Below are positions 8,038 through 17,702 of a DNA stretch of 64,000 bases, piece after piece. The notes beneath the pieces are model-generated. The model was not told where the DNA came from. It made no database searches and worked only from the letters and a program-made list of their open reading frames with translations. The translations under genes and the position numbers were made by a program. Every line of letters begins with the position of its first letter. Position 1 is the first letter of the stretch. Origin of the DNA: a virus; IMG/VR virus record IMGVR_UViG_3300007513_000015, positions 1 through 64,000 of that record. The stretch is one strand, 5' to 3'.

Positions 8038-8220
8038 ATGATGAACTTTAATATTTCACAAGAGCATATGGAACAGATTATCAAGTCTGTTGTGAATAAT
8101 CCGTCAATCGAGGCTCATATCAGAGAAGAGATTGTACGGCCAATCAGAATTCAACTTAATGAGCAAATTAAGGGTGGATCTTGGAAGAAGCGTTTAAGAG
8201 AACAAGGAATGGTATTATGA
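8038..8220 (+). CDS. hypothetical protein
   Basis: ORF after promoter with purine-rich RBS. Confidence 0.6.
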   Translation: MMNFNISQEHMEQIIKSVVNNPSIEAHIREEIVRPIRIQLNEQIKGGSWKKRLREQGMVL

Positions 8221-8429
8221 TTATTAATGCAGATAATAAAGATGCGTATTTACGTGCAAAGAGTAGATTTTATAGAGCAGGATGGTTTGCCTCTGAGTAT
8301 GGAGAAAATCCACAAGAATTCACTGGAGACAATCCAAAATTCAAAGAATATTATGAAGACTATATACGAGGATATGGTGATGAAGTTGCAAATTCAGCAT
8401 CATTAGAGTATGATCCTAACACTATGTAA
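8217..8429 (+). CDS. hypothetical protein
   Basis: ATGA overlap with the previous gene suggests start at 8217 rather than 8181. Confidence 0.55.
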   Translation: MIINADNKDAYLRAKSRFYRAGWFASEYGENPQEFTGDNPKFKEYYEDYIRGYGDEVANSASLEYDPNTM

Positions 8430-8565
8430 AACATTTGGTGGTAAGTGTGCAGAAGATAATAAAAAAGCCGATATGTGTTGTTACATCCGACTCTTTTGGT
8501 ATCTAATGGAAATGATAACAATGATCGCAATTATATTGAATGCGATTCATCAATGGTGAAGAAAT

Positions 8566-8862
8566 ATGATTAAATTGATTCGTGATAACTACATTAAAGA
8601 AATTCCTGACGAAAGACTAAGTACAGTTATGCCTGGAGGGACTACATATAAAAAGTTTCTTATAGATAAACTTTATGAAGAGATAGAGGAAGTTATTGAG
8701 TCTGATTGGCTTGATGTAAATGAATATGCTGATGTTTATGAGGTATTCACAACCCTTATGAAGATGCACGGAATCACCGAAGAAGAAGTGATTAAGGCTA
8801 AAGCAGAAAAAAGATCAAGACTTGGTGGATTCGATACTGGACTTTTATTGATAAGTGAGTGA
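8566..8862 (+). CDS. MazG-like / phosphoribosyl-ATP pyrophosphohydrolase-like NTP pyrophosphatase
   Basis: KLIRD...KLYEEIEE...EYADVYEV...KR..LGGF. Confidence 0.8.
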   Translation: MIKLIRDNYIKEIPDERLSTVMPGGTTYKKFLIDKLYEEIEEVIESDWLDVNEYADVYEVFTTLMKMHGITEEEVIKAKAEKRSRLGGFDTGLLLISE

Positions 8863-8868
8863 AAAGAC

Positions 8869-8896
8869 TTGACATTACCACAGATTCGTGTATAAT
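8869..8896 (+). promoter_or_regulatory. sigma70-type early promoter
   Basis: TTGACA-N16-TATAAT. Confidence 0.75.
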
Positions 8897-8929
8897 AGTA
8901 ATTGTTGATTGAGAGAGAAACTTATTATT

Positions 8930-9550
8930 ATGAATGAAATTTTCGAAAGAATTAAAAATCAAGTAGTTGGGGTCGAAATGGATGGTGCTGACTTAGCGAC
9001 TATTTTTCAAGAAGAACTTGAACAGTTTGGTGTGGGTGTTGCCATATATTCTGTTGGTGATCAGATTGACCAAGATAGTGTCACTGTTAATGGATACTTC
9101 AACTCTTTTGATTGGGAAGAGGAAGAGAACATTGAGTTGGTTCTGATTATGAATGATGAGGAAGAATTGCTGACTATAAATACTGATAGTTGGGAGTTCC
9201 TACAACATCAAGCACAACAAACAATAGAACACGAAATGATTCATAGAGAACAAATCAAAAAACGTGATGGATTGGTAGTGATGCCACTCTATCTCGACGG
9301 AATGGATGAAAAACAAAAGCGTATAGTATATCTGAGTGATCCAGATGAAATTGATGCATATGCTAATGACATCACCCTCGACTTGCTGAAAAATTATACT
9401 TACCAAGGAGCGTATAGTCGTCTGAGAGAGTATAAGAAAATCAGACAAGATGAGTGTCCAATTCTTGCCGAATATGTCGATATTTTTGGATGGGACAGTG
9501 ATATTGTAAGGACTATCGTTTTGAAAGCATTAAAGAGGTTAGAGACTTAA
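8930..9550 (+). CDS. hypothetical protein with HExxH motif
   Basis: IEHEMIHREQ and YL.DPDEIDAYA; ATG at 8930 preferred over TTG at 8909. Confidence 0.7.
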   Translation: MNEIFERIKNQVVGVEMDGADLATIFQEELEQFGVGVAIYSVGDQIDQDSVTVNGYFNSFDWEEEENIELVLIMNDEEELLTINTDSWEFLQHQAQQTIEHEMIHREQIKKRDGLVVMPLYLDGMDEKQKRIVYLSDPDEIDAYANDITLDLLKNYTYQGAYSRLREYKKIRQDECPILAEYVDIFGWDSDIVRTIVLKALKRLET

Positions 9551-9551
9551 T

Positions 9552-9734
9552 ATGAGCAGTAAAGAAAAATTTATTAGTCAATGTGTGGCAATGTCGCCGT
9601 GTATTAAAGTATGTAAGATGGATGAAGAGGGTAAGTGTAAGGGATGTAAACGTACACTTGAGGAAATTAAAGCGTGGGAAGGCACTTCATTTGAGGACCG
9701 CGAAAAGATTTGTGAAGAATTACTTGACAGATAA
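9552..9734 (+). CDS. DUF1289 family small Cys-rich (putative Fe-S) protein
   Basis: SPCIKVCKMD...CKGCKRTLEEI..W. Confidence 0.85.
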   Translation: MSSKEKFISQCVAMSPCIKVCKMDEEGKCKGCKRTLEEIKAWEGTSFEDREKICEELLDR

Positions 9735-9751
9735 TGGGGATATGTTATAAT
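9724..9751 (+). promoter_or_regulatory. sigma70-type promoter with extended -10
   Basis: TTGACA-N16-TATAAT with TGn upstream of the -10. Confidence 0.7.
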
Positions 9752-9979
9752 ATGAGAAAAGTTAATAAGCAACAAGCATTTCAGATGTTAATTGAGGAGA
9801 AGATGCAAGCTGGTGTTACATATATGGATGCTATGGTAGAGTATATGGTTGAACACGAATTGGAAGCCAAGCAAGTTGCGAAGTTAATTTCTCCTGCATT
9901 CCAAGAAAAGATTCATTGTGAAGCAGTTAATAATAATTTGATATCGGATGAAGAAAAAGGTAGTGTACTGCCACTGTGA
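9734..9979 (+). CDS. gp33: late-promoter transcription coactivator gp33
   Basis: YMDAMV...VAKLISP..QEKI..EA...NLI pattern; adjacent to gp59; start codon uncertain. Confidence 0.8.
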   Translation: MGICYNMRKVNKQQAFQMLIEEKMQAGVTYMDAMVEYMVEHELEAKQVAKLISPAFQEKIHCEAVNNNLISDEEKGSVLPL

Positions 9980-10602
9980 CTGGATTTGAAGCATATAAAT
10001 TATATGTTTCCTTAAAGCAACATTTTAGTATTACCAGTGATTATAATTTTGTCAAGTATAGGGGCAAGACGAAAAAGATTAACACTTCGGCATATGAAAA
10101 ACGGAGTGATAGGTATTTCTTTGAGGCTATAGGAAACAAAAATAAAAGAGATTTGCTCCAGTATTTGGTAGCAAACTTTTCATATCACGGTAGTGATGAA
10201 GTATGGATAGGAGATTTACATTCACAAGAGGCAGAGAACACATACTTTGAATGGAAGAAGCGGGTGCAATCACTATCATATGTTTTTACTGAGGATATGA
10301 AAGAGGTGAAAGAGTTCCTTGTTGCAAGAGGAATGGGATTTGATAGATTGTTTGAAGTTGAAGATGGAGAACACCCTATTATTTTTAGATTCGTTCAACA
10401 AAAGATGATTGAGGTTGAGTCATATATAATTATGGATTCGTTACTACATTTTAGCAGACGATTTAAGAAAGAGATAACAGATCAGTATATCTATCCAATG
10501 GAACAATATAGATATGATAGATATAGTGAGTTTATGAATTTTGACACTAAACACTATGGAGAAATTATGAAAGGAGTATTTGTGAATGCCTCAGATGAAT
10601 GA
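9976..10602 (+). CDS. gp59: helicase loader gp59
   Basis: FEAYKLYVSLKQHF...YNFVKYRGK...KRSDRYFF. Confidence 0.88.
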   Translation: MTGFEAYKLYVSLKQHFSITSDYNFVKYRGKTKKINTSAYEKRSDRYFFEAIGNKNKRDLLQYLVANFSYHGSDEVWIGDLHSQEAENTYFEWKKRVQSLSYVFTEDMKEVKEFLVARGMGFDRLFEVEDGEHPIIFRFVQQKMIEVESYIIMDSLLHFSRRFKKEITDQYIYPMEQYRYDRYSEFMNFDTKHYGEIMKGVFVNASDE

Positions 10603-10825
10603 TACAGATAAGAGCCACTTGAATTTTACACGAGTTAACCTCGAAGGAATTGTTTTTGAGGGCACTGATAAATTGGACGTGAAATATAGACTAAATGGAG
10701 TTTTAATTGAAACTACGCTCCAGTATGATTCTTATTATTCGGCCAGGAATGATTATGAAATGATTATTGAAATGTTGAATTCAACAGAAAGGCAAAGGGA
10801 AATGTTAATGGAGGAATTTTTATAA
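10586..10825 (+). CDS. hypothetical protein
   Basis: Overlaps both neighbours; AGGAG RBS. Confidence 0.6.
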   Translation: MPQMNDTDKSHLNFTRVNLEGIVFEGTDKLDVKYRLNGVLIETTLQYDSYYSARNDYEMIIEMLNSTERQREMLMEEFL

Positions 10826-11787
10826 TGAGATTAGATCCTCTTGGTGATGGTATTTCTTCTGTAGAAATGCTCCCAATTAAACCATCTGACTTGACTGTGG
10901 TTAATGCAGCCCGAGTATCAATGCATAAATTCCACGATAAGATTGATATGGAGAAAGATAAAGGTCTTATCAACTATCTAGCAAAGCACGACCACTGGAC
11001 TCCGTTCTCTCACGTTCAATATCTACTTGAACGAATAATGAATAAGAACGAATATATTGATTGGGTTAATAAATCCACTAATGAACAGTTTGCTAGATCA
11101 ATCGTTCAGATTGGTTCTACCTCTGTCCGTTTCTTTGAACGCGGTTCACTCTTCGCCTTCTTGAAGAACGGTATTGTTACTGATACAATGAAGAGCCAGA
11201 ATCCACTTTCTGTTCAAGCGTTTGATATGATGGATAAAATCACAGACTCTTATCTCGTAGCAGACTATACACCTAAACTTTCTGAGCCTGATTCTATGTG
11301 GTGGAAGCAGAACGTGAAAGAAGAGGATGTTGATAAACTTCAAGTAGCCTCTTTCAGAATCAAGATGCCTATTTTTATTGCCCGTCAGTGGTACAAACAT
11401 CAAATTGGATTCACTCGAAATGAAGTGTCCCGAAGGTATGTTGCTGATACTCCAGACTTCTTTATTCCAAATGAATGGAGACTTCGTGCTGATAATGTGA
11501 AACAAGGTTCCTCTGATGATATTCACGAATATAGTGGCGATATGCAGGGATGGATTTCTGATGCCACATTTGGAATGCTATCTAAATATAATGAATTGAT
11601 TGAGACTGAAAATGTTTGTCCAGAACAATCAAGGTCAGTATTGCCTCAATCTATGTACACTGAGTTTGTTGAAACAGCATCCTTGAATGGATACAACAGA
11701 CTTATTGGTTTGAGGACTGATCCTCACGCCCAATATGAAGTGAGAAAATATGCAGAAAGTATACAAAAACACTTGACAACTACATAG
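10825..11787 (+). CDS. thyX: flavin-dependent thymidylate synthase
   Basis: DLTVVNAARVS, HWTPF, PIFIARQWYKH...NEVSRRYV, PEQSRSVLPQSMYTE, HAQYEVR. Confidence 0.92.
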   Translation: MRLDPLGDGISSVEMLPIKPSDLTVVNAARVSMHKFHDKIDMEKDKGLINYLAKHDHWTPFSHVQYLLERIMNKNEYIDWVNKSTNEQFARSIVQIGSTSVRFFERGSLFAFLKNGIVTDTMKSQNPLSVQAFDMMDKITDSYLVADYTPKLSEPDSMWWKQNVKEEDVDKLQVASFRIKMPIFIARQWYKHQIGFTRNEVSRRYVADTPDFFIPNEWRLRADNVKQGSSDDIHEYSGDMQGWISDATFGMLSKYNELIETENVCPEQSRSVLPQSMYTEFVETASLNGYNRLIGLRTDPHAQYEVRKYAESIQKHLTTT

Positions 11788-11801
11788 GATTAGTGTATAA
11801 T
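11773..11801 (+). promoter_or_regulatory. sigma70-type early promoter
   Basis: TTGACA-N17-TATAAT. Confidence 0.8.
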
Positions 11802-12000
11802 GGATGGTAAAATGCATACAGAAGAACAATGTTTGATTAAATTAAAAGCATTGATTGGTGAATGTAAAGCAGTTTATGATATAAATATGAAGAATCAGAG
11901 ATTACCCCTTCCTGGTGTGATGCCTGATTTGTATAATATTAATCATAGGATTGATTCTATGAATCAATTAGCGTGTGAACTCGAAAGAGAAATTTTGTAA
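11800..12000 (+). CDS. hypothetical protein
   Basis: Short ORF; true start may be ATG at 11812. Confidence 0.5.
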   Translation: MDGKMHTEEQCLIKLKALIGECKAVYDINMKNQRLPLPGVMPDLYNINHRIDSMNQLACELEREIL

Positions 12001-12021
12001 TAACTCAATTAGGAGATAATA

Positions 12022-12249
12022 ATGAGTGAAGAAGTATCGGTACAAAATACTGTACGAATTGATGGTAATGAATATGATGTAGAGACTCTACCTGATGTAG
12101 CGAAGATTGCAATTGAGCATCTTGTTTCTATTGATAAAGAAGTTCAGCGACTTGAAATGGCAAGAGCAGGTTTTGCTCAAGCGATTAAGAGTGTTATGGA
12201 AGGTGATGATGCACCCACTCCAGTTGCAGATGAGGATTCTGCGGAGTAA
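12022..12249 (+). CDS. hypothetical protein
   Basis: AGGAG RBS; IDGNEY..ETL motif plus coiled coil. Confidence 0.7.
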   Translation: MSEEVSVQNTVRIDGNEYDVETLPDVAKIAIEHLVSIDKEVQRLEMARAGFAQAIKSVMEGDDAPTPVADEDSAE

Positions 12250-12339
12250 AAAGTCATAGTGGGTGGTCACTCTAATCCACAAAAGCAGGTAGGTGATAAT
12301 ATATCACCCCTTAAATCAATATAAAATAGGAGAAGTATT

Positions 12340-13248
12340 ATGAGTTTTGCCGCTCTAAAAAAGCGTTCTAAATCTAAAAAGAACGTATCTGAAATGATGG
12401 AAAAGTTGAACCAGGCCTCTGGTTCATCAAATAGTTATGTAGACGACCGTTACTGGAAGTTAGAACGTGATAAGTCAGGAAATGGATATGCAATTATTCG
12501 ATTCCTTGATTCCCCAAATGAAGAGGATTATCCCTTCGTTAAGATGTACACTCACGGTTTCAAAGGTAAAGGTGGATGGTATATCGAGAATTCACTAACA
12601 ACAATTGGTAAGCAAGATCCTGTATCTGAGGCTAATTCTGAGTTATGGAATTCTGGAATTGATTCTAACAAGCAGATTGCAAGAGATCGTAAGCGTAGAT
12701 TGCAGTATATCTCTAACATCTATGTGGAGAAGGATTCTGCTCATCCAGAGAACGAGGGTAAGGTATTCTTGTTCAAGTATGGTAAGTCTATTTTTGATAT
12801 GATTCAGGCAGCCGCATCACCTGAGTTTGAAGATGAAACTCCAGTGAATGTGTTTGATTTGTTCAATGGTGCCAACTTCAAGTTGAAGGCACGTAAGGCG
12901 GATGGATTTGTTAAATATGACAAGTCCACATTTGAAGAGCCATCACAGTGGTTGAAGGATGAAAGTGAAATGGAGACTCTTTATAATGGTCTTTATTCAC
13001 TTCAGGCTGAGATTACTGAGGATAAGTTCAAGTCATATGATGAGTTGAAGAAGAAGTTCCTTCGTGTAACAGGCGGATCCGATTCACCAACATCTACATT
13101 CACTGCCGAAACTATTTCTGCACCTGAAACTCCAGTAGCAGAAGCTAGTAAGCAGGATGATGAAATTCCTTGGGACACGTCAGATAATTCTGCCAGTGCT
13201 GAGGAAGATGATACTATGAGTTACTTCTCTAAACTAGCAGAATCGTAA
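12340..13248 (+). CDS. gp32: single-stranded DNA-binding protein gp32
   Basis: MSFAALKK, DDRYWK...GNGYAIIRFL, WYIENSLTT, GKVFLFKYGK, acidic tail ending YFSKLAES. Confidence 0.97.
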   Translation: MSFAALKKRSKSKKNVSEMMEKLNQASGSSNSYVDDRYWKLERDKSGNGYAIIRFLDSPNEEDYPFVKMYTHGFKGKGGWYIENSLTTIGKQDPVSEANSELWNSGIDSNKQIARDRKRRLQYISNIYVEKDSAHPENEGKVFLFKYGKSIFDMIQAAASPEFEDETPVNVFDLFNGANFKLKARKADGFVKYDKSTFEEPSQWLKDESEMETLYNGLYSLQAEITEDKFKSYDELKKKFLRVTGGSDSPTSTFTAETISAPETPVAEASKQDDEIPWDTSDNSASAEEDDTMSYFSKLAES

Positions 13249-13269
13249 CAAGTAGTAATTTCGGAACTG

Positions 13270-13296
13270 AGGGGATCCATATGGATCCCCTTTTTT
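13270..13296. terminator. intrinsic terminator between convergent genes
   Basis: GGGGATCCATATGGATCCCC palindrome plus T6. Confidence 0.85.
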
Positions 13297-13297
13297 A

Positions 13298-16200
13298 TTA
13301 TCTATTCATTCCCGCAGGTAATGCTGGTGCGTGTGCTGTTGATGTTGGAGCAACATATGTATTATTTGTTATATGCGTATTGCCTGAATTTGCAACAACA
13401 CCACCACTAGAATTATCGGAACTATTCATAACAGGATGTGGTTTGAGTTGACTGTTTAATGTTTCTAATATACCAGCCTGATTTGCATCATCATACTTCG
13501 CACCAACTCTCCAAGCATCCTCAGAAGTATTAATTGTTTCTCTATTCCAACGAATTTTCGCATATGCGCTATTCTGCTCCCAGAAATCACCAAGTCCCTT
13601 CATAGGACCTTCTTTATCTTGAAGATGGTATGGAAGTGTTAGGAATGCCGCCCATGGAATTTGTCCGATGGCGGCAATTTTATCTAAGAAATCAGGAGCC
13701 TCTTTCGGAAGTTGGTCAAAGGTACCCCAACCAACTTTAGTCATTGAAGCCCCTTTCGCTTCACCAAATGCCGTATCTCCTTTTCTTCCAGTTAAATAAT
13801 CTCTCAACAATTGTTCGTCCATTGGAGCATAATCTTTGATGATACTTGGCGGTTTACCATTATCACCAGGCCAAATATGCTTTCTAAAGAATGCGCTTAT
13901 ACCAGACCAGATTGGATCATCCCAAGAAGATGATTCAATGCCACCATAATCACTCATAGCAGGTGCAACAGCGGCCGCGTTCATTCCTTTCTTATTTTGA
14001 GTTATGAATTGATGTTTTTTCTGCGCGGCTTCTAACGCTTTTTTACCTAAATCAGTTGCCTTATTTTGAAGTTTTATAAGTTCAGGATGAGCATCGATAT
14101 CAGCTTTTAGTCCACCGCCCTCCTTAACTCTATCAAGTGAGGATTGCATTGACTCTCTTGTTCCAGGATTATCTCTAAAATACTGTTCACGTTCAAATTC
14201 ACTCTTTCTCTCATACCATCTAACATTTTTTCTATCTTCGCCCAATAACCTTCTATAATCAGAATATTCTTTTTGCGCTTTAGAACTTTTACCAGTTGCA
14301 CCAGCAACATCATCACTAAGTTTCTTTAACATCTTCAACAAGAATTTATCAGTTACTCCCGCCTCTGCACTACCAGAACCAGTCATAAATGTGAACATTT
14401 CGCCTAATGTTTTCTCAAGATGAATATCGTGTGTGAAGATAGAACCTCTTTCTAAACCAGCTTTCGCAAAATCATCTTGTAATTTAATATCAGGAGTTAA
14501 TGCATCAAATTCTTCTGATGTTAACCATTCGCCTTTATTGGTTTGATATTTTATAGACTCACCGAATCCCATAAATCCAGATTCATACTTAATTCCCACA
14601 CCATTCATTTTAGCATCAAGAAGATTGGTGATTGTTTCTCTGTCACCTTTGTCCCAAGCCTGATGTTGTAACAGTGCATCTAAATGTTCTGGAGATAATT
14701 TTGAAAGTGCTTGTAAATTTTCAATATCACCAACACCCCAACCAACATCTACAGCGCCATATATGTTTTCTGCTTCATCGTGTAATTGTCTTCCATATTT
14801 TGGACCAGCTTTATTGAGAAGATCAGTTTTATATTCCCTCTTCTTGGGGCCAGCACCAAGCCCCGTAGCAATTATTCCTGTTTCCCATTGATTACTGTTA
14901 TCAAATATATCTGATTGGCTGTCCATATACTCATCAAGCGCAACTTCAAAATCACTTGTGCCTGGAGTATCAGGTGTAATAGCATCACCTAACCATAGAA
15001 GTCCTTTTAAACCATCGTGAAGTGTATTAAGGGCAGCCTCACCGTATCCTTGACCTTGTCTGATTGAAGCCATATAATCAGCAACCATCAACACTTTGGC
15101 CGCCTTATTAGCAACATCAAGTGTTTTGTATGCTCCAGCCTTAAATCCGCCTGGACCCACTGTTTTAAATCGTTTAGGAACTTTTCCTTCTCCCAACTGC
15201 TGAATCTCTTTAGGTGTTAAATTCAACTTCAACTTTTTGGCTAGATCCTTAGGAATTTGTCCTCTTTCTAATGCGTTTAAATGTGAACGTGATAATGCAG
15301 GCCCACCTGACGTACGGCCATTCTTAATCAACTCCATTAATTTGCCTTCATTTATTTCCATTGGAAGAAGCTGACCAGGCTTAAAGGTCTTTGTTATTCC
15401 AGCAGAGTTAGTATATGTGAATGGTGATGCCCCCTTAGGAACTCTAAGTTGAGAATTATATGGGCCAGTTCCTTTAATACCGCCTTTGGGTGTAAGTCCC
15501 TCTTGCCAAGGAGAAGCAGTTGGTTTTGGAGAAGTTGGTTTTGGAGAAGCAGTTGATTTTGTGTTCTGATGTTTTTTCCAATATGTTTTGCCCGCTTTAT
15601 ATGCGCCCCATCCTAATGCACCTTCAAGAATAGGTAAATCTTTAAGAAAATCAGGAGGAAAGAGGTCAAACATTCCATTTTTACTTCTATCTTTTGCTAA
15701 TTTTTGGAGTGCCGCTGACGGATCAGTTCGTTTTCCGCTCATAGCATCTCTTCTAGCCTCTTGCTCTAATCTCCAGCGCCTCCTATCTCTTTCATCTCCC
15801 TTCTTTTCAAGGTCATATAAATCTTCTAATATTTCACAACATTGGCCAAACAATCCACCAGAATTATTATAATCAAGAAATTGAGATGTTGGAGAGGACT
15901 CATTAGGATCAAGTACTGCATATCCATCTTGCCCAAGATTATTCTTTGTGATACGTCCTACATTTCTTAATTCCGTTTCTATTTGACTGAATGTTTTCCC
16001 TAACTCACTATTCTTTCCTCCATTCAGAATGTTTTTATACATTTCTGTTTGAAATTGGTGTTGTGAAGTGATCTTTTCATCAGCAAACTTCTTATTGTTC
16101 TTTTCTGCTAGTGATATTCTAGCATCAAAATCAGCTTGAATTGCGGCTTCTCTTTGTAGACCAAAGTTTCTTTCTCTTCCTAATCGTGAAATTCTTTCTT

Positions 16201-16756
16201 TCTGTTGTGCAATAGAATCGCCCTTCAAAAACGAATGGAGCCTAACAATTTCAGTAGATACAGCGTTAATCGCAACATAGTTTTGGGATGACATATGAAG
16301 CATCCCCTGCATCATCTGATTTCCCGCTGTCAGAGATCGCATTTGTTCCACGTTCGATCCTATTAAGGAGCCTAAACTAGCAATATTCGCTAATGCGTTT
16401 TTAGCGTCTTGTTTATTACTTAATATTCTGGCTTTTTGAGCATCTTCGTGTTGTTGTTCCTGTTGTGTCAACATCTTTTCCGAAGTATCAGCAACAGAAG
16501 CCGTGTTTTTATGTGTTTCTTTGTCCCTTTTTTCTTCTTGAGTAGATACAGAGACCGTATTAACAAGTTTTCTCAACATATCTTTATTTTCTTTAAGATA
16601 TTTTCTTGCTTCGTCCTTTTCTTTCTTGGACTCTTGTTTTTCTTTTTGTTTTTTTGCCCGTTCAGTTACACTAAAGGTTTTTATCAAAGCCTCTAGACCA
16701 GTAGAGGCTCCAGCTGTTGCCGCTGTTAATTTCGCTATTGTCTCAGGTGTCTGCAT
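13298..16756 (-). CDS. tape measure / baseplate hub protein (gp29-like)
   Basis: 1152 aa, helical N-terminus, Asn/Thr-rich C-terminus, position downstream of gp26/gp51. Confidence 0.65.
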   Translation of the reverse strand: MQTPETIAKLTAATAGASTGLEALIKTFSVTERAKKQKEKQESKKEKDEARKYLKENKDMLRKLVNTVSVSTQEEKRDKETHKNTASVADTSEKMLTQQEQQHEDAQKARILSNKQDAKNALANIASLGSLIGSNVEQMRSLTAGNQMMQGMLHMSSQNYVAINAVSTEIVRLHSFLKGDSIAQQKERISRLGRERNFGLQREAAIQADFDARISLAEKNNKKFADEKITSQHQFQTEMYKNILNGGKNSELGKTFSQIETELRNVGRITKNNLGQDGYAVLDPNESSPTSQFLDYNNSGGLFGQCCEILEDLYDLEKKGDERDRRRWRLEQEARRDAMSGKRTDPSAALQKLAKDRSKNGMFDLFPPDFLKDLPILEGALGWGAYKAGKTYWKKHQNTKSTASPKPTSPKPTASPWQEGLTPKGGIKGTGPYNSQLRVPKGASPFTYTNSAGITKTFKPGQLLPMEINEGKLMELIKNGRTSGGPALSRSHLNALERGQIPKDLAKKLKLNLTPKEIQQLGEGKVPKRFKTVGPGGFKAGAYKTLDVANKAAKVLMVADYMASIRQGQGYGEAALNTLHDGLKGLLWLGDAITPDTPGTSDFEVALDEYMDSQSDIFDNSNQWETGIIATGLGAGPKKREYKTDLLNKAGPKYGRQLHDEAENIYGAVDVGWGVGDIENLQALSKLSPEHLDALLQHQAWDKGDRETITNLLDAKMNGVGIKYESGFMGFGESIKYQTNKGEWLTSEEFDALTPDIKLQDDFAKAGLERGSIFTHDIHLEKTLGEMFTFMTGSGSAEAGVTDKFLLKMLKKLSDDVAGATGKSSKAQKEYSDYRRLLGEDRKNVRWYERKSEFEREQYFRDNPGTRESMQSSLDRVKEGGGLKADIDAHPELIKLQNKATDLGKKALEAAQKKHQFITQNKKGMNAAAVAPAMSDYGGIESSSWDDPIWSGISAFFRKHIWPGDNGKPPSIIKDYAPMDEQLLRDYLTGRKGDTAFGEAKGASMTKVGWGTFDQLPKEAPDFLDKIAAIGQIPWAAFLTLPYHLQDKEGPMKGLGDFWEQNSAYAKIRWNRETINTSEDAWRVGAKYDDANQAGILETLNSQLKPHPVMNSSDNSSGGVVANSGNTHITNNTYVAPTSTAHAPALPAGMNR

Positions 16757-16765
16757 AGTTTTATC

Positions 16766-16891
16766 CTATTTCATAGATTGCTGTCTATCTCGTTCTTCTT
16801 CGAGGTGTTGCCTCAATAAATCAACATATATTTCTCTTTCATAAGGAATCATATTTTCAAGGTCGGACAAACTATAATTATGATGTTGCAT
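16766..16891 (-). CDS. gp51: baseplate hub assembly protein gp51 (possibly translated via frameshift from gp26)
   Basis: MQHHNYSLSDLENMIPYEREIYVDLL; gp51-like residues continue upstream of the ATG (NHYKTNFQL). Confidence 0.85.
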   Translation of the reverse strand: MQHHNYSLSDLENMIPYEREIYVDLLRQHLEEERDRQQSMK

Positions 16892-16935
16892 AAGTTGAAA
16901 ATTAGTCTTGTAATGATTTACAAGATTATCATAAC

Positions 16936-17682
16936 TTATGCTAAGCCGAAAAAAGCATCTAATCCTGCTAAAGTAACATCTTCCTTATATCCACATTTAG
17001 AACACTTATATTCAAAGGTGTGTTCTAATCTTGGTACAGAAGCAAAGAACTCTTTAATTTTATCAAATACTTCTTCTGTTAATGTCTCAACAAACTTCAT
17101 CATTTCTGCTTTTGGCGTTTCTGATGATTTATATATTTGGTCATTATCGAAAATATAATCAATTGAATCAACTATAATCTTAAACATTTTTTCAACATCA
17201 TCATTCTCTTTGTCGTGATATTTTAATTCTTCGGTGCTGATGTATTTCATCTGAATTCCAACAGAATCATTAATCATAATCTTTGATTTATCTTCCTTTG
17301 GAAACTTAATTTTAACATCATTCAAATTAATTATAACCTCATTTGATTCACCACACGTTTCTCCGTCAACAACATTTTGACAGTTGAATGAAGGTTTTAA
17401 AACTTCCCCTCGGCTCTTTGTTCTAATATTCAAAAATAGATAGTCAACATCAAATGTTGGTAACTTATTTCCATCCACTTTTCCTTCTGTACAGTTACCA
17501 ATAATCTTGATAATAGTATCCCGTACAATTCCCTCAAATTCATTTTCCTCTTTATCTTTCGCTCCTTCCATTGCTGTTAAAAGTATCTTCTCCTCTTTAA
17601 CTAAAAATGGTCTATATTCTACAATCTCTTTAGTTGATGGAACTTCAATTTTATAAACAGGTGTTTCAATTTTTGGTAACAT
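16936..17682 (-). CDS. gp26: baseplate hub assembly protein gp26
   Basis: MLPKIETPVY...YRPFLVKEEKILL...FDVDYLFLNIR.KS.GE...GLDAFF. Confidence 0.9.
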   Translation of the reverse strand: MLPKIETPVYKIEVPSTKEIVEYRPFLVKEEKILLTAMEGAKDKEENEFEGIVRDTIIKIIGNCTEGKVDGNKLPTFDVDYLFLNIRTKSRGEVLKPSFNCQNVVDGETCGESNEVIINLNDVKIKFPKEDKSKIMINDSVGIQMKYISTEELKYHDKENDDVEKMFKIIVDSIDYIFDNDQIYKSSETPKAEMMKFVETLTEEVFDKIKEFFASVPRLEHTFEYKCSKCGYKEDVTLAGLDAFFGLA

Positions 17683-17702
17683 AATATTTTCATCCTATAT
17701 TG

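Noticed and set aside
11030-11340. Intein or intron in thyX
   Set aside because: Frame is open and there is no C-terminal HN plus C/S/T junction or homing endonuclease motif
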